Shown in pieces: positions 17,887 to 26,127 of a stretch of DNA of 53,902 bases. The position numbers and the translations under genes were made by a program. The stretch is from positions 1 to 53,902 of the IMG/VR virus record IMGVR_UViG_3300033463_000182. One strand, given 5' to 3'. The DNA is from a virus. Each line of letters starts with the position of its first letter. The stretch's first letter is position 1. The notes beneath the pieces are model-generated. The model saw nothing but the letters and a program-made list of their open reading frames with translations. It made no database searches and was not told the origin of the DNA.

Positions 17887-18411
17887 TTACACCTCCTCGT
17901 CGCCCTCCTCCTCGCTTTCGTCGCTTTCTTCCGTCGCCGCGTAGGTCGGCAGGGGAGTGTCCGCCACGGCTTCAAGCGCCTTGCGAATCTCCTTGTCGAT
18001 CATGTCTGCGATAACCTCCGTGTTATCCAGCATCCGCAGCATGGGAGCCAGCTTGCTCGGAAGGTGCAAAAGGTTTTGTGTCACGGTGTTGGCGATGTCG
18101 CCCCACAGCCTTTTCACGTCCTGCACGTCAATAAGCTGCCCGCGCATCCGCGCCACTTCAAGCTCGGTCTTTTGTGTCTTGACCACTTCATGCCGCGCCT
18201 TTACCGTGTCCAGGTCGTCCACGTCGGCGGTTTCGTTATTCACGTTGTAGTCAACCCACCGCTGCACAAAAATAGCGAGGTCGTACTTGCCGCCCTCGCC
18301 CTCTACAAACAGTTTCTTTTCCTGCGGCTGATCCCGGTCTATGTCGTACAGCCGCCGGTATGTATAGCCTGCGATGGTCGCAAGCTCTTTTTTCGTCATT
18401 GATATGCCCAT
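17887..18411 (-). CDS. terS: Terminase small subunit (N-terminal HTH, acidic tail)
   Basis: 174 aa directly upstream of terL; MTKKELATIAGYTYRRLYDI HTH-like start. Confidence 0.7.
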   Translation of the reverse strand: MGISMTKKELATIAGYTYRRLYDIDRDQPQEKKLFVEGEGGKYDLAIFVQRWVDYNVNNETADVDDLDTVKARHEVVKTQKTELEVARMRGQLIDVQDVKRLWGDIANTVTQNLLHLPSKLAPMLRMLDNTEVIADMIDKEIRKALEAVADTPLPTYAATEESDESEEEGDEEV

Positions 18412-18422
18412 AGGATCACCTG

Positions 18423-19040
18423 TCAGACGCGCATAGCCCGCATAAATTCGTGTTCGATGCGCTGCTCCATGTATTCAAGTATATCCTTCTGCACTTCCGC
18501 TTGGCTTCTGTTCATGGGCATCTGCGGGATGGCGATGCCCACAACCTTTTTGATGGGGAATCGTCCCTTGCCCGCGCGGGTAAAGGTCAGGCCGCCCAGC
18601 TTGCTTCCCAGGTTTCGGAAAGGCGGCTGTCCGCCGTAGCTGCTCATGTGGGTGGGCAGGGTGCTCACGCCCGCCTTGACAACCTTGCCCTTGACGCGGT
18701 ATTTCCGCTTTAGGCTGTTCCAGCCGTGCGCGCCGCCGCTGGCCCCGTACCGTCCGCCGATGGTTCCCCGGCTGTCCCGGATGGGGATTGCGCAGCCCAC
18801 GCCGCCCGCGCCGCTGGTCATTTTCGGGCTTCCCACGGCGGCGTTGATCTGGCCCGCCTTAACGTGGTAGTCCACGGGCAAGTCCTGGCGCAGTATCATC
18901 TTTACATGGCCGCCCGTCCGCTGGAAGATGGAATACATGATCTGGTTGAATCTTTCCGGCGTCACCACGGCCTTGAGCGCGTCGATCTTGCCCTGCAATT
19001 CGCTGGCGTCTATTTCCAGGTAAATGCTCGGCGTAGCCAT
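18423..19040 (-). CDS. Hypothetical protein, weak resemblance to minor tail protein Z family
   Basis: The track ORF is 256 aa. I place the start at ATG 19038-19040 (MATPSIYLEID...) behind GGAGG. First gene after the late promoter/terminator leader. Confidence 0.35.
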   Translation of the reverse strand: MATPSIYLEIDASELQGKIDALKAVVTPERFNQIMYSIFQRTGGHVKMILRQDLPVDYHVKAGQINAAVGSPKMTSGAGGVGCAIPIRDSRGTIGGRYGASGGAHGWNSLKRKYRVKGKVVKAGVSTLPTHMSSYGGQPPFRNLGSKLGGLTFTRAGKGRFPIKKVVGIAIPQMPMNRSQAEVQKDILEYMEQRIEHEFMRAMRV

Positions 19041-19060
19041 GGTTTCGCCTCCTTCCGGGC

Positions 19061-19094
19061 ATAAAAATAAGCGGGCAACGAATGTTGTCCGCTT
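19061..19094 (-). terminator. Intrinsic terminator-like hairpin inside the late-operon leader
   Basis: Minus strand AAGCGGACAAC-ATTC-GTTGCCCGCTT (11-bp stem, 1 mismatch) followed by ATTTTTAT. Confidence 0.6.
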
Positions 19095-19115
19095 TCCACT
19101 TCTGGCGACAATAGC

Positions 19116-19144
19116 ATCATAGCACATTCGGCTTTTTATTTCAA
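19116..19144 (-). promoter_or_regulatory. Strong sigma-A-type promoter (late operon)
   Basis: Minus strand TTGAAA (19139-19144), 17 nt, TGcTATGAT (extended -10, 19116-19121). Confidence 0.65.
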
Positions 19145-19170
19145 CCCGTTTTTGGAAAAAATTTTTGGGC

Positions 19171-19698
19171 CTATTTTTCGCCTTTCTGCACAACGATGTA
19201 ACGCTCCTGCCACTTCACCGCCGCCATGTTCGGCGCGTCCTCCACGGCGCGGCGCGCCCGGTCAAATCCGCGCCACGTCATATTAAGCTCCTGCCTGATC
19301 TTCACGTCCGGCACGTCCATGACGTACTTCATCACAACAAACGTCCGCATGGTTCGGCTCTCGATCCCGTTCAAAATCTTCTGCGCCTTGCGGAGTTGCC
19401 GCGCGTATTCCTTGCATTGCGCTTCGTGCTCCTCGTCGATCTCCGCCAGGATCGCAAAGGCGCTGTCAAGCCCTTTCGGCAAGCCTCCGCCTCCCGGCAT
19501 CCCCGTTAAGTGCTGGGTAATGCTGGTCATGCGGTCACGTTGCCAGTCCCGCCGCTGCTCCAGCAGGCAAACATCCTGCATGATATACAGGATTTCCGTC
19601 AAAAGAGGGATGTCCTTGTTGCGCACCGCAACAGGGCCTTGCTCCTTTTGAATGGGCGTCCCGCCCCGTTCAGCTTCTTTGTTCTTATCCAAGGTCAT
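19171..19698 (-). CDS. Putative late-gene regulator (sigma-70 region-4-like / ArpU-RinA-like, or antiterminator)
   Basis: About 175 aa immediately upstream of the late promoter. C-terminal RTMRTFVVMKYVMDVPDVKIRQELNMTWRGFDRARRAV looks like a region-4 HTH. The start codon is uncertain. Confidence 0.4.
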   Translation of the reverse strand: MTLDKNKEAERGGTPIQKEQGPVAVRNKDIPLLTEILYIMQDVCLLEQRRDWQRDRMTSITQHLTGMPGGGGLPKGLDSAFAILAEIDEEHEAQCKEYARQLRKAQKILNGIESRTMRTFVVMKYVMDVPDVKIRQELNMTWRGFDRARRAVEDAPNMAAVKWQERYIVVQKGEK

Positions 19699-19728
19699 TC
19701 CCTCCAAATCCGCGAGCGCTCGCGCTTT

Positions 19729-20115
19729 TCATTGTTCCATGCCGTCTATGGTTTTGATCCAGTCCGGCGGGATAAAACCCCGGTACACCCTCCAGCACTC
19801 CGAGCCTTTCCAGCCGATGAAAAGCACCTTACTTCCCGGCAAATGCCTTTCCAGCGCGTCCCTGTCCATGATCCTGTCCGCGTACTCGTCCGGGATTTCT
19901 ACCGTCAGCCGGTATGCCGTCCGGCTGTACTTCACCATCTGCCTTGTGGCCCAGCTCTGCCGCTTCGGGTCGCCGTCCGTCGTCAGCCAGCTATACCCGC
20001 TGTACAGGTGAAAGCCCTTTGGCCCTGGAACATAGACGCCGCCCACGCGCAGCCCCTCATACTTGATCCGCTTCACATGACGCGCCGCGCAGAAATGGTA
20101 TAATGTCGTGCTCAT
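19729..20115 (-). CDS. Hypothetical protein
   Basis: Start refined to ATG 20113-20115 (MSTTLYHF...), GAGGAGG 8 nt upstream, ATGA overlap with the upstream stop. Confidence 0.5.
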   Translation of the reverse strand: MSTTLYHFCAARHVKRIKYEGLRVGGVYVPGPKGFHLYSGYSWLTTDGDPKRQSWATRQMVKYSRTAYRLTVEIPDEYADRIMDRDALERHLPGSKVLFIGWKGSECWRVYRGFIPPDWIKTIDGMEQ

Positions 20116-20612
20116 GCTCTGAACCTCCTCGGAGGGTTTGCGATTCTCGGCGTTCCGCAATCCCTGTCCGGCCTGTTCTCAAAATAGGATTCACCCTCCG
20201 GCAGTTCTGCGTATTTTGTGTTTGGAAGCGGCAAATACCCGGAAACGTCGTAGGCATGGAAGCCTCCGCAGAATGGACAGACGATGCCGAAAGGCACGGG
20301 CTTTCGATCTTCGCACACTTCTTCCAGCCCCTTTTCAAGATACATCACCCATTGGCTCCCGCAGTCTTGGCACCCGTAGATCATGGCCCCGTGGATGATG
20401 ATTTTTCTGTCAAAGCTCGGCGGCTGCTTTCGCATGGATTCCAGGATTTCGCGCATCATATCCTCCCGCCGCGTCGCCGCCAGGATTTCACGCGCCTTTT
20501 TCTTGGCCTCATTCTCGGCCTTTCGCTTGTTTGCCGTGCATTGCTTATGGCAATACTTCGCGCGCCTGCACTCCTTGCAATTTCCCGTGTCCTTCCACGC
20601 TTCCGTGCTCAT
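20112..20612 (-). CDS. Cys-rich (zinc-ribbon-like) hypothetical protein
   Basis: 166 aa with CKECRRAKYCHKQC and CQDC...CPFC clusters; ATGA-coupled on both sides. Confidence 0.5.
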   Translation of the reverse strand: MSTEAWKDTGNCKECRRAKYCHKQCTANKRKAENEAKKKAREILAATRREDMMREILESMRKQPPSFDRKIIIHGAMIYGCQDCGSQWVMYLEKGLEEVCEDRKPVPFGIVCPFCGGFHAYDVSGYLPLPNTKYAELPEGESYFENRPDRDCGTPRIANPPRRFRA

Positions 20613-20983
20613 GGTCGTACTTCTCCTTCAATTCGTTGTACAAAGCCGCTTTCCTCTGCGCGCTTTAGCCAGCGTTGATATGCTTCTTCTCGCCAGTTAC
20701 CTTCTTCGTCGTGTTCCTCTCCGTGAAAATTCAACAATTCTTCATCCGCACAATCAATGCAGTAATGAATGTAAAACGGTTTCTTGTCCCATCCGTCTAA
20801 AAAACCGCTTGCCGCAAGAGCATAATCGCCTTTGGCAATTTTTGTTCCGCAGTACATACATTGACTTTCTTTCCTGGTTTTGACTAATTTGCTTTTGAAT
20901 CCAGTAATGCTTGTGTCCATATCATCGGACGGCATATCAAGACCTATGTATTCTTCTACTGGATATTTGGGCTGTTTTCCCAT
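20609..20983 (-). CDS. Hypothetical Cys-rich protein in an AT-richer island
   Basis: Start refined to ATG 20981-20983 (MGKQPKYPVEEY...). CMYCGTKI...CIDC motif. Local G+C is 42% over 20701-20880 (counted). Confidence 0.45.
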   Translation of the reverse strand: MGKQPKYPVEEYIGLDMPSDDMDTSITGFKSKLVKTRKESQCMYCGTKIAKGDYALAASGFLDGWDKKPFYIHYCIDCADEELLNFHGEEHDEEGNWREEAYQRWLKRAEESGFVQRIEGEVRP

Positions 20984-20987
20984 GGTC

Positions 20988-22568
20988 TTATCCCGCCTTT
21001 CTGCAAAGCTCCGGCAGATTCGCCCGCACAAGCGCCGTCGGGATCGGCGGGCATACCGCGTTCCCGCAGCGCGCCACCTGTTCGGATTTCGGATAGGGCT
21101 TGCCGTCCGCGTCCACGTCGATGATATAATCCTTCGGGAAGCCCTGGGCGTTGAAAAGCTCCCTCGGCGTCAGCATCCGCAGGCCAATATCGACGATCTG
21201 GCAATCCTGCCCCTTCACGGTCACAAGGCCCATTCTGTCCTTTGCTGTCACCGTCGGGGCTGGTTTGTCGCATGGCACGGCGTTTTCGCCGTTCCCGTAA
21301 TACTTCACCAGGAACGCGCAGACCTCCCCGAAATGGTTTGTTTGTGCCGTCATGGTGTTCAGCGGTTTATCCACCGGCTGCCCGTCGCAATGGTTGTTGA
21401 ATTGCGTCACGGCCACGGCGCACACCGCGTTATGGTCAATGGCCGTCACCGTCGGCAGGGGCTTGTCCGCCCCGCTTGCCACGTTATCCCCGCCGTAATA
21501 CTTGCTGATGAAGGTCGATACCAGCCCGTAGCGGTTGCTGGCGTCCACGGTCATGAGGGGATCGTCCACTTCCTGCCCGCGTGCCCCGCCGCCTTGTTCG
21601 TCATGGTATTGGATCAGGCTCGGCGCAATCTGTTCTTTGCCGTCCGTATTCACGATGTACGGGCGCGGATTTTCAATAACAAACTTCTGGATGCCCCGCG
21701 CGATCCTGCGCATGGTCGCGTCCGCCAGTGGCCGCACCGCGCGGATGTGGTATTCGTCCCATATTTCTTCCGACGTGGCAAAGATGGACGGGCAGGGCAG
21801 GGAGAAATCCAGCACGTCCGCAACCGGCTTCCACGGCTTTTTCAGTCCGGCGTTTACCTCTATGCTTTCCGGGTCGCCGTGGGTTGGTTTCGGCCAGGTG
21901 ATCGGCTTCCCGTCGCAGCGTGCGATCAGGAAAAACCGTTTGCGGATGGTCGGCGCGCCATAGTCGCAGGCGCGCAGCTCCCGGTGTTCGACGTGATAGC
22001 CCAGCCCCAGCGCCAGCTTGAGCGCTTCCTGCGTGTTCGGCTTCAAGAAGTCGCAGGCTTCCCGGTATGCGGGATGATCCAGCGATATGCCGGTTGTCAG
22101 CATGGAGATAAAGCCCTGGAAGGTTTCGCCCGCCCGCGCGGGGTCGGGAATGGTCTTGCCGTCCTTCCGCTTCATCAGCGGCCCCCAGGTCTGTATTTCC
22201 TCCACGTTCTCCATCATAATCACGCGGGGACGCACCGTCATAGCCCAGCGCAGGATCACCCAGGAAAGGCCCCGAATGTGCTTGCTGACCGGCTTTCCGC
22301 CCTTCGCTTTGGAAAAGTGCTTGCAATCCGGCGAAAACCACGCCAGACCGACGGGTTTTCCCTCGCAGGCTTCCACGGGATCGACCATCCAAATATCTTC
22401 CGTGTAGTGTTTGCTGTCCGGGTGGTTGGCCCGGTGCATGGCGATGGCCGCCGGATCGTGATTGATTGCCACGTCCACACTCCGGCCCATCGCTATTTCA
22501 ATGCCGGTGCTGGCCCCGCCGCCTCCGGCGAAATTATCAACCACGATTTCCCTTGTGCCGTTCATCAT
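20988..22568 (-). CDS. DNA (cytosine-5)-methyltransferase, orphan
   Basis: Motifs DNFAGGGGAS (I), FSPDCKHFS (IV), MMENVEE (VI). Start set at ATG 22566-22568 (AAGGAGG upstream, ATGA overlap with the upstream ORF) rather than the track start at 22790. Confidence 0.85.
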   Translation of the reverse strand: MMNGTREIVVDNFAGGGGASTGIEIAMGRSVDVAINHDPAAIAMHRANHPDSKHYTEDIWMVDPVEACEGKPVGLAWFSPDCKHFSKAKGGKPVSKHIRGLSWVILRWAMTVRPRVIMMENVEEIQTWGPLMKRKDGKTIPDPARAGETFQGFISMLTTGISLDHPAYREACDFLKPNTQEALKLALGLGYHVEHRELRACDYGAPTIRKRFFLIARCDGKPITWPKPTHGDPESIEVNAGLKKPWKPVADVLDFSLPCPSIFATSEEIWDEYHIRAVRPLADATMRRIARGIQKFVIENPRPYIVNTDGKEQIAPSLIQYHDEQGGGARGQEVDDPLMTVDASNRYGLVSTFISKYYGGDNVASGADKPLPTVTAIDHNAVCAVAVTQFNNHCDGQPVDKPLNTMTAQTNHFGEVCAFLVKYYGNGENAVPCDKPAPTVTAKDRMGLVTVKGQDCQIVDIGLRMLTPRELFNAQGFPKDYIIDVDADGKPYPKSEQVARCGNAVCPPIPTALVRANLPELCRKAG

Positions 22569-22777
22569 TGTGCCTCCTTGAGCTTCGCCAAATCGAATAA
22601 GGTTATCTGTCCTTTCGGCGGCTTTTCCCGCTGCCTTGTCGGTTCCTGCCGGTATGGGTACAGATTGCATCCCTTGAGCCTGCAATTCTGTACCTCCTTC
22701 CGGCTGCCGCCGCTGCACTCCAAACAATGCTTGTGGATTGCTACCAGCAATTCGTCGGGTGTTGGCTTCTTGCTCAT
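22565..22777 (-). CDS. Small zinc-finger protein
   Basis: 70 aa, HCLECSGGSRKEVQNCRLKGCNLYPYR; coupled to the methyltransferase start. Confidence 0.5.
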   Translation of the reverse strand: MSKKPTPDELLVAIHKHCLECSGGSRKEVQNCRLKGCNLYPYRQEPTRQREKPPKGQITLFDLAKLKEAQ

Positions 22778-23058
22778 AGGTCATATTCACCAGATTGCAG
22801 ATACTCGATTTCCCGCAAAAGGTCGCTGACCATTTCCTGATAAACGCGCTCTCTGGTATGCACTTTGCCCCACAAGGGCCGGTCTTTCCCGTTGCGCTGT
22901 TCCCAGGTCTTTACGCACTTCGGGCAGTAGAACGCGCTTCCGAAGCTGTCCCAGCCCGCCTTGACGATTTCCTCTGCCGGTTCGATCCGGCTGAATCTGT
23001 CATACTTGAATTTCCTGCTTTTGTGTCCGCAGCAGGAGCACATGATCTGCAAATACAT
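22774..23058 (-). CDS. Hypothetical zinc-ribbon protein
   Basis: Start refined to MYLQIMCSCCGH... behind GGAGGCCAACACC; second CPKC pair. Confidence 0.45.
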   Translation of the reverse strand: MYLQIMCSCCGHKSRKFKYDRFSRIEPAEEIVKAGWDSFGSAFYCPKCVKTWEQRNGKDRPLWGKVHTRERVYQEMVSDLLREIEYLQSGEYDL

Positions 23059-23074
23059 AGTGGTGTTGGCCTCC

Positions 23075-23473
23075 TTATTTTTCTTTCTTCTGTACCCGGT
23101 CAAACGGTTCATCAAGCATCAGCTCAAGCCCCGTCTTTTCCAGCACTTCGTCGCATAGCTCCGAATGGTTCAGCGCCCAAATGATCTTCTCGTCCACGGC
23201 CTTGATTGCGCGGTAGGCGCGGTTTTCCCCAAAGCCAAATTCATCATGCAGGGCAAGGATGATCCCTGCGTAGCAGCACTTGATGATCGGCTCCGCCGCC
23301 TGCTTAAATCCAGCCTGCCGCCCCTTTTCGTATTCATCCTCAAGGTCTTTCTGCGTGATCCCGTTCTGTATAAGTCCGGCGATCCGTTGCTGTTTGGTAT
23401 AATCCGCAATCAGCGCCTTGTTTTTTTCTGTCTGATTGCGCATCATGGCGCGCCTCTGCGCCCTGTTCGGCAT
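23075..23473 (-). CDS. Hypothetical protein
   Basis: 132-aa ORF with the GGAGGCCAACACC-ATG initiation region. Confidence 0.45.
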   Translation of the reverse strand: MPNRAQRRAMMRNQTEKNKALIADYTKQQRIAGLIQNGITQKDLEDEYEKGRQAGFKQAAEPIIKCCYAGIILALHDEFGFGENRAYRAIKAVDEKIIWALNHSELCDEVLEKTGLELMLDEPFDRVQKKEK

Positions 23474-23488
23474 GGTGTTGGCCTCCTT

Positions 23489-24238
23489 TCAGTCCCAGGG
23501 AAATTCCTGCTTGAAGTCGCTGCCCGTCAGCTCCCGCAGGCTTTCCTTCATAAACAGCGGGATATGATGCTCCGCGCATCCGTTGATAATCCCGTCCAGC
23601 CAGTCCCTTTCCGGCTTCACCTTGCCTTTTCGGTTGCCGGTTTCCGCGCCGGTGATGATCCAGTCCGGCAGTTCGATATGATTCAGCCCTGGCACCCAAT
23701 CGAAAGGCTCAAGGATCGGCTCGATGCTGGCAAAGGTCTTGTATCTGTCGCTGAAAAAGAAAGGTTCCTCCGGGCGTGTCACGCTGCATCCGTACCAGAA
23801 GTTTTCCCTGTCCACAAGCACGCCGTTCTTCGCCAGTTCCATGTATCGCTTCCCGTTCTTCGTCAGGAACAGATACCGATGTTGCGGCGCGGCAAGGCAA
23901 GCCGTGAAAATCTGGTCGATCCAGTCCTCCGGCACCCAATCCCCGAACATATCCGCCATACTGCACACAAATATGGTCTGCGGTTTCTTCCATTCCTGCG
24001 GGATGGTAAGCCGGTATTTGTGATATGTCGGGTCGAATCCGTAAGGATATGGGTTGATCGTGCCATCCGCCCGCCGCGCCGGTTCGTCCAGGATATACAG
24101 GTGGTCGTGCCCGGTGATGATCTTCCCGCCGAAGCGCCGCGCCATGCCCCGCGCATAGCAGTAAGGGCACCCATGCAGACAGCCGGTAATCGGATTCCAG
24201 GAGCTATCGCACCAGTCGATTTTCGTTTTCTGTCCCAC
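23489..24238 (-). CDS. Phage Gp37/Gp68 family protein (DUF5131)
   Basis: N-terminus KIDWCDSSWNPITGCLHGCPYCYA is the family hallmark. Confidence 0.8.
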   Translation of the reverse strand: MGQKTKIDWCDSSWNPITGCLHGCPYCYARGMARRFGGKIITGHDHLYILDEPARRADGTINPYPYGFDPTYHKYRLTIPQEWKKPQTIFVCSMADMFGDWVPEDWIDQIFTACLAAPQHRYLFLTKNGKRYMELAKNGVLVDRENFWYGCSVTRPEEPFFFSDRYKTFASIEPILEPFDWVPGLNHIELPDWIITGAETGNRKGKVKPERDWLDGIINGCAEHHIPLFMKESLRELTGSDFKQEFPWD

Positions 24239-24240
24239 GG

Positions 24241-24741
24241 TTAATCCTCCTCGTTGTGGATCGTTACGCCAATATGCCGCCCCAGGAATTCAAGCCCCCT
24301 GCGCGTCAGGTAGTAATACGGCATCCCGCCTAACAATTTCGGCTCCTGCTTCTCCACAAGGCCAAGCCCCCCGCTCATATAGTCCAAATACTTGTTAAAT
24401 CCGGCCCAGTGATTTCGGTATGGCTTATAAAACAGCTTCCCGTGACGCTTGTACGGTTTGTGTTTCAGCATATCCAGACCGATCATGTGCCGCATATCGT
24501 CAAGGGCCTTTTCCATTTCCCAGCCCTTATTGTTGAAATCCAACTGGATTCCCATGTCGTCGCCCATGTTGCCCAGGTAATCGCTGTATTCCTCGTTCAT
24601 TTTGTCAAGCTGCCGCCGGGTCAGCGTGCATCCGTCCTCTCCGTCCTTCCACGTCGTCCACTTTTCTTCCGGCGCAGGGCAATCCGGGTAATCTCCCGCC
24701 TCGCTTCGCTCCGGCAAATATGGACACCTGTTGCACTTCAT
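24241..24741 (-). CDS. Hypothetical protein
   Basis: Start refined to MKCNRCPYLPE... (GAGGAGGG upstream, ATGA overlap). Confidence 0.45.
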   Translation of the reverse strand: MKCNRCPYLPERSEAGDYPDCPAPEEKWTTWKDGEDGCTLTRRQLDKMNEEYSDYLGNMGDDMGIQLDFNNKGWEMEKALDDMRHMIGLDMLKHKPYKRHGKLFYKPYRNHWAGFNKYLDYMSGGLGLVEKQEPKLLGGMPYYYLTRRGLEFLGRHIGVTIHNEED

Positions 24742-25142
24742 TTTACGCCCTCCTCGTTTGCCTTTACGTCCGCTTCCATCGCCGCCAGCAGGGAAGGATT
24801 CAGCAGACGTTTGAACACAAGCGGGCACTCAAAGCACCGTTCCTTGTCGCACTTTTCGTAAAAGTCCTCCTCGGTGCATTGCCATTTGGCGAACAGCTCC
24901 CCGCAGATGTCCGAAACAAATTCCTGCACTTCATCGTCCGAATACTCGCTTTCGCTGCTCACGTCCAGATAGGCGTCCAGGATCGCGTCGCAATGCAGAT
25001 GGCGCTTGAGGTCGTTAAATTCCCCGTCGTACTTCTGCTTTTCGTGGATGTACTCGCAACCGGGCAAGATCGCTTTCCCGCAGATATGGCACCTGTGGCG
25101 CTTCCGCGCCCGCGTCTGCTTCTTCTCGAAAAATTCAAGCAT
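24738..25142 (-). CDS. Hypothetical zinc-ribbon protein
   Basis: Start refined to MLEFFEKK... behind AAGGAGCCAACACC; CHICGK...C motifs. Confidence 0.45.
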   Translation of the reverse strand: MLEFFEKKQTRARKRHRCHICGKAILPGCEYIHEKQKYDGEFNDLKRHLHCDAILDAYLDVSSESEYSDDEVQEFVSDICGELFAKWQCTEEDFYEKCDKERCFECPLVFKRLLNPSLLAAMEADVKANEEGVK

Positions 25143-25159
25143 GGTGTTGGCTCCTTTCG

Positions 25160-25558
25160 TCAAAATGGTGTGTCCCCGTCGTCAACCGGCATATAGCCGT
25201 CGTCCGGCGGCGCGGCTTCCGCTTCCTGTCCGCCCTCCGGCTTCCCGGACAGGTATTCGATTTCCTCCGGGCGCTGGATTTCAAGGCTCACCTTCGGCTG
25301 CCCGTCGCTGCCCATGTAAGCCCGCCCCGTAACGGGGCCGGTCACGGCCACCTTGCGGCCCTTCGCCAGATACTTCATGGCGTTGTCCGCCTGCTTTTCC
25401 CAGCAACTCACCCGGAAATACTCGGTGATCTTCTGTCCCCGCACAACGCGGTTGACTGCCACCGTGAAATTGCATACGGTTTTCGCGCCGTTCTGTGTGT
25501 TCGCCACGCGGCTTTCCGGGTTGTGCGTCAGGTTTCCGATAATCGTCAATCGGTTCAT
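25160..25558 (-). CDS. ssb: Single-stranded DNA-binding protein
   Basis: OB-fold N-terminus MNRLTIIGNLTHNPE...; acidic C-terminal tip DDGDTPF. Confidence 0.9.
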   Translation of the reverse strand: MNRLTIIGNLTHNPESRVANTQNGAKTVCNFTVAVNRVVRGQKITEYFRVSCWEKQADNAMKYLAKGRKVAVTGPVTGRAYMGSDGQPKVSLEIQRPEEIEYLSGKPEGGQEAEAAPPDDGYMPVDDGDTPF

Positions 25559-26127
25559 TCGTCCTCTCCTTCCTCCAGCCGATAGGCTGCTCCCTGCAAG
25601 GCTTCCGGCGGCATCATCAGCCCCCGGATCATGTCGCCTCCCGCCAGCGCGCCGCGCCTTTCGGCGCTGTCCACCATGGCGGAAAGGGTCAATCCGTTCT
25701 CGTTCCCGCGCTCTCCCCGCGCAAGGTTCCCGGTCTTTGCCAGGATGTTGTCGGCTACTGCCCGTTGTGTGGCCCGGTGCCGGTCAATCCTTGCCTGTTC
25801 CTCCGGCGTCCGCCGCAGGCTCGGATCGTCTGACCGTGCGCAAAACTCGTCCATTTCTTCCGCGCTGCGGATTTCAAACAGCATAGAGCTTGCTTCGTGA
25901 TGCAGTTTTCCGGCCTGTTCCCGGATTTCCGCCACCGTAGGAAGCCACTTGCTCGTCGAAAGAAGCTGCATAAAGGCCAGCATCACAATATCCGTGGGGA
26001 TGTCCTGCAAGGCAAAGGCCCAGCTCTGCACCAGCATGAGCTTTTCCTGGTTGGTCATGGTCTTAAAGGCGTAGCTGTAATTGGCTTTCGCCAGGGCCAG
26101 CAGTTTGTTGGCGTCCTCCGTCGTCAC
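25555..26127 (-). CDS. Helicase-loader-like protein (G39P-like N-terminal domain)
   Basis: ANYSYAFKTMTNQEKLMLVQSWAFALQDIPTDIV... resembles the SPP1 G39P family. GTG start at 26125-26127 overlaps the upstream stop (GTGA). Confidence 0.5.
   Translation of the reverse strand: MTTEDANKLLALAKANYSYAFKTMTNQEKLMLVQSWAFALQDIPTDIVMLAFMQLLSTSKWLPTVAEIREQAGKLHHEASSMLFEIRSAEEMDEFCARSDDPSLRRTPEEQARIDRHRATQRAVADNILAKTGNLARGERGNENGLTLSAMVDSAERRGALAGGDMIRGLMMPPEALQGAAYRLEEGEDE

Noticed and set aside
19041-19193. N-terminal 50-codon extension of the 18423-19193 ORF
   Set aside because: The extension spans the late promoter and terminator hairpin and overlaps the upstream gene. The ATG at 19038-19040 has a GGAGG and gives a sensible N-terminus.
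22569-22790. 74-codon N-terminal extension of the C5 methyltransferase in the ORF track
   Set aside because: It overlaps a better-supported 70-aa zinc-finger ORF in another frame. The internal ATG at 22566-22568 has a perfect AAGGAGG and an ATGA stop-start overlap, and motif I follows shortly after it.
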